From a virus (Duplodnaviria > Heunggongvirae > Uroviricota > Caudoviricetes), in IMG/VR virus record IMGVR_UViG_3300046011_008537: a DNA stretch of 64,000 bases; one strand, 5' to 3'. Below, piece after piece: positions 57,217 to 64,000 of the stretch; the stretch's first letter is position 1, and each line of letters starts with the position of its first letter. Position numbers and translations under genes: made by a program. The notes beneath the pieces were generated by a model. The model searched no databases. It was not told the origin of the DNA and worked only from the letters and a program-made list of their open reading frames with translations.

Positions 57217-58101
57217 ATGATAAAAAATGATTATGGTATTAAAGTTAAAATGATTGCAGATTCATTTTATGATTTTGATAATAGAATCTGCACTCTTCAA
57301 TTACGGTATCATCGATTTATTCATCAAGAAGTATTAACGCATAGGGTATTTTCTAGATCTGCGTCTAGTTCTAGAGCAATTCCAATTAGTAAAATTATTT
57401 CTCAAGTTTGGAATGACCCAGCTATGCCTGTTTACTGGGGAGCTAATGTTTCTGGAATGCAAGCTAATGAAGAATTAACTGGATGGAAATTATCTGCTGC
57501 TAAATTTATTTGGAAAACTTCAGCTAAAGTTGCTTGTGCTTTTGCTTATGGGTTTAGTAAAATTGGATTACATAAACAAATTGGTAATAGAATTTTAGAG
57601 CCATGGCAATATATTAATGTTATTATTACTTCAACAGAATGGGATAACTTTTTTGATTTAAGAATTCATCCGGATGCTCAGCCTGAGATTCAAACTCTAG
57701 CTAAAGCAATTTATGATGCTATTCAATCCAGTGAATCTGTTGAAAGGGAACACGCTGAATGGCATTTACCGTACATTACTGATGACGAACGAAAATATTA
57801 TGATGAAGAAGATTTATTAAAAGCTTCAACAGCTCGTTGTGCTAGAGTTAGTTACAGTAATCATGATGGTAGTGCTGCTAATTTGGCAAATGATATTATA
57901 TTACACGATAGATTGGTTGGTTCGGTTCCAATTCATGCTAGTCCAGCTGAACATCAAGCAACTCCAGGAGATCCATCATATTGGTATCGTAACTTTAGAG
58001 GCTGGATACAGTATCGCGATAGAGTAGAACAAAAATTAAATAAATTTAACGCAGAGGATCACCAATATGAGTTCCAGCTTGAATTACATAACAGCTATTA
58101 A
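57217..58101 (+). CDS. thyX: flavin-dependent thymidylate synthase ThyX
   Basis: ThyX signature region THRVFSRSASSSRAIP (RHR-x7-S-type). Confidence 0.65.
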   Translation: MIKNDYGIKVKMIADSFYDFDNRICTLQLRYHRFIHQEVLTHRVFSRSASSSRAIPISKIISQVWNDPAMPVYWGANVSGMQANEELTGWKLSAAKFIWKTSAKVACAFAYGFSKIGLHKQIGNRILEPWQYINVIITSTEWDNFFDLRIHPDAQPEIQTLAKAIYDAIQSSESVEREHAEWHLPYITDDERKYYDEEDLLKASTARCARVSYSNHDGSAANLANDIILHDRLVGSVPIHASPAEHQATPGDPSYWYRNFRGWIQYRDRVEQKLNKFNAEDHQYEFQLELHNSY

Positions 58102-58299
58102 TGTTCAAAAACAATATTATTATGATTTAAATTTTAAATCTGATTTGGATCAAAAAATGATTGAACAACAAGAGTTTAAACAAGTTCAATTACAAAATAA
58201 ATGTCATAATGATAATTTAGTGTACGATCCATATTGGATTAATGGAGTAAATTATCATGCATCATTAAGTAAACACAATTATATTAGATAGAGGAAATT

Positions 58300-58710
58300 A
58301 TGAGTAAAGTTGAATTAAAAGATTATGAAGCATTTGTCCAATCAACAATTTCACAACCATCGTCAATTTTTGGTATTCTGGAATCAAGGTTGAGCGAATT
58401 GGATGGTAATAAATTAGGAATTTTAATTCCTGAATTATTAACTGCTTCTTTTGGTTTAACTGCTGAGGCAGGTGAATTTACTGAAGTTGTTAAGAAAATC
58501 GTATTTCAAGGTAAACCGCTAGATGAAGATAATATCTTTCACTTGAAGCGCGAATTAGGTGATATTTTATGGTATGCAGTTGTTGCTTGTAATGCATTAA
58601 ATATTACGTTAGAAGATGCTATTGTAATGAACGTCGAGAAGTTATCTGCTAGATATCCGCAAGGTTTTGATATTATTAAATCAGAAGTTAGACAAGAAGG
58701 TGACGTGTAA
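58300..58710 (+). CDS. mazG: MazG-like nucleotide pyrophosphohydrolase
   Basis: EAGEFTE...ELGDILWY pattern. Confidence 0.7.
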   Translation: MSKVELKDYEAFVQSTISQPSSIFGILESRLSELDGNKLGILIPELLTASFGLTAEAGEFTEVVKKIVFQGKPLDEDNIFHLKRELGDILWYAVVACNALNITLEDAIVMNVEKLSARYPQGFDIIKSEVRQEGDV

Positions 58711-58895
58711 TGGGTAGAGCAATTATTGAAGCAGGTTTTGTTTTAATATTGTATTTTTTGATTATCGGAATTGTTTGTCCGTATCTAGTTTCGGCTAGAG
58801 ATGACATTGAAGTAATTTCTGGTTTTGTTTTAATTGTATTAACTGCTGCAACAGTACCATCTGTTGTAAAATATATTTTTAGAGACGTTAAATGA
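58710..58895 (+). CDS. small 2-TM membrane protein (possible NfeD-like partner of the SPFH protein)
   Basis: 61 aa, two hydrophobic helices, overlap-coupled to downstream SPFH gene. Confidence 0.3.
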   Translation: MGRAIIEAGFVLILYFLIIGIVCPYLVSARDDIEVISGFVLIVLTAATVPSVVKYIFRDVK

Positions 58896-59737
58896 AAAAA
58901 TTATTATGGTTGTTAGTGATTCCATTCCTTGTTGCTTGTTCTAATGTTCCTCCAGGTTATACTGGAATTAAGGTATTTTTAAATGGCGGCGACAAGGGCG
59001 TGGATAGTCAAGTATTAGGCGTTGGGCGTTACTGGATTAGTTTTAATGAAGACTTATTCTTATTTCCGACATTTACACAAAATCATGTTTGGACTAAAGC
59101 TTCTACTGAAGGTAGCCCAAATGATGATTCGTTTACATTTCAAACCAGACAAGGTTTAACTGTAAATACTGATGTTGGTATTAGTTATCATATCGAACCA
59201 GATAAAGTAACTGATATTTTCCAGAAATATCGTAAAGGCGTTAGTGAAATTACTCATGTTGTATTACGCAATAGCGTGCGAGATGCGTTTAACAAAGCTG
59301 CTTCATCTAGAGATATTGAATCTGTTTATGGTGAGGGTAAAAGCGCTTTAATTGATGACGTAACTACTCTTGTTCGTCATGAAATGGATCCAGTTGGCAT
59401 TAAAATAGAAAGCGTTTATTTAGTTGGCGATATGCGTTTACCGGAATCGATCGTTGATTCTATTAATGCTAAAATTCAAGCATTACAAAAAACTCAACAA
59501 CGAGAAAATGAAGTAGCGCAATCAAAAGCTGAGGCAGATAAAACTATTGCTGAAGCTCGAGGTGTAGCTGAATCTAAGATTGCTATTGCTAAAGCAGAAG
59601 CTGAGGCGATTGAAATTAAAGGTGCTGCATTGAGAAATAACCCAAGCGTGCTTGAGCTAAATAAAATCGATAAATGGAATGGTGAATTGCCTCAGTATAT
59701 GACTGGACCAGTTCCAATGTTAAATTTTACAAAATAA
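58892..59737 (+). CDS. SPFH/band-7 (prohibitin/HflC-like) lipoprotein
   Basis: Lipobox LVACS; SPFH-like core and Ala/Glu-rich coiled coil (AEADKTIAEARG...AKAEAEAIE). Confidence 0.6.
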   Translation: MKKLLWLLVIPFLVACSNVPPGYTGIKVFLNGGDKGVDSQVLGVGRYWISFNEDLFLFPTFTQNHVWTKASTEGSPNDDSFTFQTRQGLTVNTDVGISYHIEPDKVTDIFQKYRKGVSEITHVVLRNSVRDAFNKAASSRDIESVYGEGKSALIDDVTTLVRHEMDPVGIKIESVYLVGDMRLPESIVDSINAKIQALQKTQQRENEVAQSKAEADKTIAEARGVAESKIAIAKAEAEAIEIKGAALRNNPSVLELNKIDKWNGELPQYMTGPVPMLNFTK

Positions 59738-59810
59738 AACTTTATAATTAGTATATGGATAATGAGTTGCAGGGATGCGACTATTTTAATTTTTATTGAA
59801 AAGGACTAAT

Positions 59811-60800
59811 ATGGCTATTAGATTACTGACGCCAAAAGAAACATACACTGTTGATTACCCAGTGGCGATTGAATTTGCTAGAAAACAGCAAGAAATTATG
59901 TGGTTTGACTTCGAAATTGAAGTTGAAAAAGACTTACATGATATAAAAACTAATTTTAACGAAGCAGAATTATATGGATTGACTTCTACTTTAAAATTAT
60001 TTACCAAATATGAAATTTCAGTTAACGAATACTGGAAAAATTATGTTGCTCAGGTATTTCCGAGACCTGACATTCAAAGAATGGCTGATGCCTTTGCATT
60101 TATGGAAACTAATGTCCATGCTCCTTTTTATAATAAAATTAACCAAGTTTTAGGTTTAGATACTGATGAATTTTACTTATCATATCTAGATGATGAAGTT
60201 TTAGTTAATAGAATGAAATGGATCGGTAAACGTTTATCGAAAAGAGAAACTTTAATGGATAAATTAAAATCCGTTGGAATTTTCTCTATGGTTGAAGGCG
60301 CTGTTTTATTTGGTCAGTTTGCTTTTATTAAACATTTTAATTCAAATGGTAAAAATAAAGCAATTAATGTAAATGCTGGAATTAACTTTTCTGCTATTGA
60401 TGAATCTTTACATTCGCAAGGCGGTGCTTGGTTATTCAGAACATTATTATCCGAAGCAAAAGTTGATGGACAAATTAGCGAAGAAGATGAAGCGCATTTA
60501 CGTGCTGAATTAGAAGAAACTGCTAGAGTAATTAGAGAACATGATGGATTTATTAATGGTAAAACTTTTGAAAAAGGTAGCATTAAAGGTATTACCGAGA
60601 ATCAAATAAATCATTTTACTGAATCTAGATTAGATATGTGTTTAAAAGAATTGGGGTACAAATCTATTTTTAAACCAACTTATAATCCCATTTCAGAATG
60701 GTTTTACAAAGATTTAGAATCAACTACGTTGCACGATTTTTTTAGTTCGACTGGTAGTGATTACAACCGCAACTGGAAAGAGGCAAGATTTGTATGGTAA
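59811..60800 (+). CDS. nrdB: ribonucleotide reductase small subunit-like diiron protein (NrdB)
   Basis: Ferritin-like ExxH motifs (METNVHAPFY with Tyr at H+4; DESLHSQ). ATG with RBS AAGGA preferred over the ORF-track TTG at 59796. Confidence 0.6.
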   Translation: MAIRLLTPKETYTVDYPVAIEFARKQQEIMWFDFEIEVEKDLHDIKTNFNEAELYGLTSTLKLFTKYEISVNEYWKNYVAQVFPRPDIQRMADAFAFMETNVHAPFYNKINQVLGLDTDEFYLSYLDDEVLVNRMKWIGKRLSKRETLMDKLKSVGIFSMVEGAVLFGQFAFIKHFNSNGKNKAINVNAGINFSAIDESLHSQGGAWLFRTLLSEAKVDGQISEEDEAHLRAELEETARVIREHDGFINGKTFEKGSIKGITENQINHFTESRLDMCLKELGYKSIFKPTYNPISEWFYKDLESTTLHDFFSSTGSDYNRNWKEARFVW

Positions 60801-62503
60801 AGCACGAAAAATCAATTTATGATGAATTGAGTGATGAGAGAAAAGAGTTACAAGAAACTGGTCAACTGCCTGCATGGTGCACAACTATTGCTTGGCAAAT
60901 GCTTAAGGAGAAAAACCTTTCTGCTGAGTGTCCAGATTTAAAATCAGTTTATAATCGAATAACTAAACATGCTGCAAAATATACTCCAAATCCTGATGAA
61001 TGGCAACCTAAATTTTTTGAATTATTATGGAATGGTTGGTTGGCTGCCTCTACTCCAGTTTTATCTAATATGGGAACTGGATTTGGTTGTCCTGTTAGTT
61101 GTTCTGGAGGAGAAATTCCAGATAGCGTTTTTGGATTCTATGGAGCTCAACAAGAGGCTGCTGTATTAAGTAAAAATGGTTTCGGTACTAGTGGCTACCT
61201 AGGAAAGATTAGACACCGTGGAGCTCCTATCAAGGGCGTTAAAGGAGGAGCGTCAGGCGTTCTCCCAGTCTTTAAAGATTTTATTCAAATGTCCAGAGAT
61301 ATTTCTCAAGGTAGTCAACGTCGCGGAGCTTGGGCTGGATATATTGAAATTGATCATCCAGATTTTTATGAGATTGTAAATTTTATTAGCAAAAACCCAG
61401 ATGATGCAAATCTCGGTTGGGTTGTTACTGATGAATTTATTGCTAGATTGGATACCAATGATAATGATGCGGTTTTACGTTATCAATTAGCCTTAAAAAC
61501 TAAAATGATTACTGGAAAGGGTTATTTCTTTTTTGTTGATCGAGTTAATAATCTTAGTCCTCAAATGTATAAAGATAAAGGGTTAAGAGTAAATGCATCT
61601 AATCTTTGTACTGAAATTACTCTTCATTCAAGTAAAGATTATACATTCTCGTGTGTTTTATCTTCAATGAATGCTTCGCTTTATGATGAGTGGAAAGATA
61701 CGGATGCAGTATTTAATGCAACAGTATTCCTAGATTGTGTTAATCAAGATTTAATTGAAATCGGTAAAACTCAACCTGGAATGGAAAAAGTTGTTGCTTT
61801 TGCTACAGCATCTAGAGCTCTTGGATTGGGTATGCTTGGGTTCCATACATATTTACAAGACCATGGTATTCCATTTGAATCAATAGACGCTTATTATAAA
61901 AATACTGAGATCTTTAAACATTTAGATGTGGAATCATTACGAGCATCTAAATGGATGGCAGAAAATTGGGGTGAACCGGAATGGTGTGTAGGTTATGGTG
62001 TAAGAAATACTCATCGAGTTGCTATTGCTCCAAATCTCAGTTCAGCTTTAATCTGTGGTTCTGTTAGTCAGGGAATTGAACCAATTTATAAAAATGCTTA
62101 TGTTCAAAATACCTCTGCTGGTAAAATGGATCGAGTTAATCCATCGCTGTTAACAATAATGAAAAGCAAAGGCGTTTATACAGATGCAGTGGTTAAAGAC
62201 ATTATAAGTAATAACGGTTCAGTACAACATGTTACTTGGTTAGATGATAATGAAAAAGCAGTATTTAAAACAGCTTTTGAGATTGATCAAAAACAAATTG
62301 TTAGATTAGCATCAGCTCGTCAACGTTATATTGATCAAGCTCAGAGCATTAATTTTTTCTTTTCAGCTGATGAGGATGAAGAATATATTAGCGAAGTTCA
62401 TAAATTGGCATTTAAAGATCCATGGATTAAATCATTGTATTATGTTAGATCTGAAAATGGAGTAAATGTTACTAAAGAATCTTGTTTAGCATGCCACGGA
62501 TAA
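60794..62503 (+). CDS. nrdA: ribonucleotide reductase catalytic subunit (compact, no ATP cone)
   Basis: Active-site NLCTEI, first-strand Cys (GFGCPVSC), RRGAWAGYIEIDHPD, C-terminal CLAC redox pair. Confidence 0.75.
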   Translation: MVKHEKSIYDELSDERKELQETGQLPAWCTTIAWQMLKEKNLSAECPDLKSVYNRITKHAAKYTPNPDEWQPKFFELLWNGWLAASTPVLSNMGTGFGCPVSCSGGEIPDSVFGFYGAQQEAAVLSKNGFGTSGYLGKIRHRGAPIKGVKGGASGVLPVFKDFIQMSRDISQGSQRRGAWAGYIEIDHPDFYEIVNFISKNPDDANLGWVVTDEFIARLDTNDNDAVLRYQLALKTKMITGKGYFFFVDRVNNLSPQMYKDKGLRVNASNLCTEITLHSSKDYTFSCVLSSMNASLYDEWKDTDAVFNATVFLDCVNQDLIEIGKTQPGMEKVVAFATASRALGLGMLGFHTYLQDHGIPFESIDAYYKNTEIFKHLDVESLRASKWMAENWGEPEWCVGYGVRNTHRVAIAPNLSSALICGSVSQGIEPIYKNAYVQNTSAGKMDRVNPSLLTIMKSKGVYTDAVVKDIISNNGSVQHVTWLDDNEKAVFKTAFEIDQKQIVRLASARQRYIDQAQSINFFFSADEDEEYISEVHKLAFKDPWIKSLYYVRSENGVNVTKESCLACHG

Positions 62504-62507
62504 CTAT

Positions 62508-63149
62508 ATGAATTATAAGAAAATTTACGATTCTTTATGTTTAAGAGGTAAATTATTAAGAGAAAATTTAGAATATTCTGAATGTCACCATATCATACCG
62601 AAATGTATGGGTGGTGATAATTCTAGCGAAAATTTAACAAAATTAACTGCTAGAGAACATTATATAGCACATTACCTTTTAATTAAAATATATCCAAAAA
62701 ATTATAAATTATTGTGCGCGTTTGGTATGATGAAAAATACTAATGAGTTTCAAAATAGGATTTTTACATCTAAACAGTATTCTATTATGAAGGCAGCTTA
62801 TTCTAAAGCTATGAAATTAAATAATCCTATGAAAAATCCGGATATTGTGTTAAAAACGCTCGAAACAAAGGCAGCAAGATATAAATCTGGAGAAATTTCA
62901 ATAAGAAACTTATCTGAGCAAGAAAAACATGATATTTCTAATAGAATGAAAGGTAACAATAACCCAACAAATCGATTTCCTGAAAAACATAACTTTAAAA
63001 ATAATAGTTATGTGCGGGGTAAATTGTGTTATAATAATGGGGTAAAAAATAAATATTTTTCTCCAGATGATATGATACCAGAAGGATTCGTTAAGGGAAA
63101 TAAACCATATAAACGAATTAGAAATGGTATAGAATCAAATCACGGTTAA
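62508..63149 (+). CDS. HNH homing endonuclease (paralog of 56415-57212)
   Basis: ECHHIIPKCMGGDNSSENLTKLTAREHYIAH. Confidence 0.7.
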   Translation: MNYKKIYDSLCLRGKLLRENLEYSECHHIIPKCMGGDNSSENLTKLTAREHYIAHYLLIKIYPKNYKLLCAFGMMKNTNEFQNRIFTSKQYSIMKAAYSKAMKLNNPMKNPDIVLKTLETKAARYKSGEISIRNLSEQEKHDISNRMKGNNNPTNRFPEKHNFKNNSYVRGKLCYNNGVKNKYFSPDDMIPEGFVKGNKPYKRIRNGIESNHG

Positions 63150-63162
63150 TAGGAAAATTATT

Positions 63163-63483
63163 ATGACTAAATTAAATAAATTGGTTTTTACTCTTTCTGA
63201 TAAAAAAGAAATAAGTTTATCTAATGCTGATGCGTTAGAATTGTATAATGAATTGAATAAAATTTTTGGTAAATTAACGATAACTAGTCCTGCTACTAGC
63301 CAAACTTTTACCTTTGATAATGTTGATCCACCTTGGTATCCAAATGATAACTCTTATTTTTCTTTTGGTGGAGCAATAACAGGATCCATGGCTAGTGATA
63401 CAATCACTATAACAAATCCTTATCCTAATGATTATTCTTGCACTTCAGCTCCACCTGCTAAAAAATACTGTCAATGCAGTTAA
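63163..63483 (+). CDS. hypothetical protein
   Basis: 106 aa. Confidence 0.3.
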   Translation: MTKLNKLVFTLSDKKEISLSNADALELYNELNKIFGKLTITSPATSQTFTFDNVDPPWYPNDNSYFSFGGAITGSMASDTITITNPYPNDYSCTSAPPAKKYCQCS

Positions 63484-63601
63484 ATGCTAAATAAGGTAAG
63501 AAAACTAAATTTCATTGCTATACTGGGGTTATTTTTAATCCCAGTAATTTTTACAACAACTATTTTTTATTATGCTTTACTGTTGATAATAGGATTATAC
63601 T

Positions 63602-63784
63602 ATGCCATTGCGCGATTACGAATGCCCAAGCTGTAAAGAAGTTTGGGAAGAATTAAGAAAAGACCAATCTGATCCCCTAAACTGTAAATATTGTGCAGCT
63701 GAATCTCCTAAACGATTAATCGCTCGTACTAATTTTGCTCTAAAAGGTAATGGATGGTATAAAACAGACTTTAAACATAAATAA
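63602..63784 (+). CDS. FmdB-like zinc-ribbon protein
   Basis: CPSCKE...CKYCAAE paired CxxC. Confidence 0.4.
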   Translation: MPLRDYECPSCKEVWEELRKDQSDPLNCKYCAAESPKRLIARTNFALKGNGWYKTDFKHK

Positions 63785-63803
63785 AAAGAGGACAAGGAAG
63801 TCT

Positions 63804-63959
63804 ATGATAACGAAAATAACTTGTTTTGAATGCGACTCAGAATATCAAATTCACTCTCAACAGGGATGCCTTACCGATGATATTAGGTATTGTATCGTAT
63901 GTGGTAGTGAAATTGAAACGGAAATTGATGACGAAGAAGAAATTGAAGATGAAGAATAA
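63804..63959 (+). CDS. small zinc-ribbon protein with acidic tail
   Basis: CFECDSE...CIVCGSE. RBS AAGAGGA before the ATG at 63804; ORF-track start at 63750 rejected. Confidence 0.35.
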   Translation: MITKITCFECDSEYQIHSQQGCLTDDIRYCIVCGSEIETEIDDEEEIEDEE

Positions 63960-64000
63960 CCCTAAGTAAAGTTATCTTAACTTGAATAGGTAAAAATCAA

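Noticed and set aside
58067-58291. 74-aa ORF between thyX and mazG
   Set aside because: It overlaps the 3' end of thyX by 35 nt, is low-complexity Asn/Tyr/Gln-rich, and has no RBS. It could still be a small gene but there is no positive evidence for one.
208-60583. Numerous short antisense ORFs (208-408, 951-1292, 2768-2959, 4542-4757, 5151-5357, 5605-5802, 9237-9482, 16543-16815, 28165-28359, 33815-34030, 34497-34679, 36409-36600, 40666-40896, 41536-41730, 45935-46300, 46464-46682, 49708-49932, 50206-50394, 54798-55028, 55710-56127, 60314-60583) and same-strand out-of-frame ORFs (29845-30057, 39663-39896, 41719-41982, 57839-58027, 60969-61169)
   Set aside because: Each is fully nested in a well-supported gene, shows AT-rich low-complexity composition (Ile/Phe/Leu/Asn/Lys runs), lacks an RBS and has no motif. 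The + strand genes are tightly overlap-coupled, which leaves no room for them.

Overview
This window is a segment of an AT-rich T4-like myovirus genome; nearly every gene is on the + strand. The late structural module (neck 13/14/15, terminase 16/17, sheath 18, tube 19, portal 20, prohead core, protease 21, scaffold 22, major capsid 23) is followed by recombination/replication genes (uvsY, uvsW, 55, 47, 46, dNMP kinase 1, clamp 45, clamp loader 44/62, regA, dCMP deaminase, DNA pol 43, uvsX, helicase 41, primase 61). Further downstream are ThyX, MazG and class I RNR (nrdB, nrdA). Eight tRNAs (Thr?, Pro, Asn, His, Glu, Trp, Met/Ile2, Gly) are interspersed with small genes. The accessory content resembles marine T4-likes (cyanophage/pelagiphage-like): no gp24/hoc/soc/wac at the T4 positions, four cupin/2OG-Fe(II) oxygenase ORFs, Hsp20, MazG, ThyX and many GT/MT genes. 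The main observations are: (i) the terminase large-subunit gene is fractured by an atypical split intein (about 31-aa IntN, about 109-aa IntC) with a free-standing HNH endonuclease gene between the halves; (ii) a minus-strand early cassette after gene 23 encodes a 2OG-Fe(II) dioxygenase and a GT-A-like glycosyltransferase separated by a GIY-YIG HEG, which may be a DNA base hydroxylation/glycosylation system; (iii) an island of about 9 kb (40771-49569) between helicase 41 and primase 61 carries nucleotide-sugar biosynthesis, glycosyltransferase, O-methyltransferase and GDPD genes; the 41/61 gap of about 14 kb also holds (iv) an NadM-like nucleotidyltransferase with a P-loop kinase, a possible NAD salvage or nucleic-acid repair pair. 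There is also (v) a peptide-deformylase homolog with all metal ligands substituted. T4-type early (TTGACx-17-TATAAT) and late (TATAAATA) promoters and several intrinsic terminators are readable in the sequence. All functional calls rest on motifs and synteny read by eye. No database search was run.
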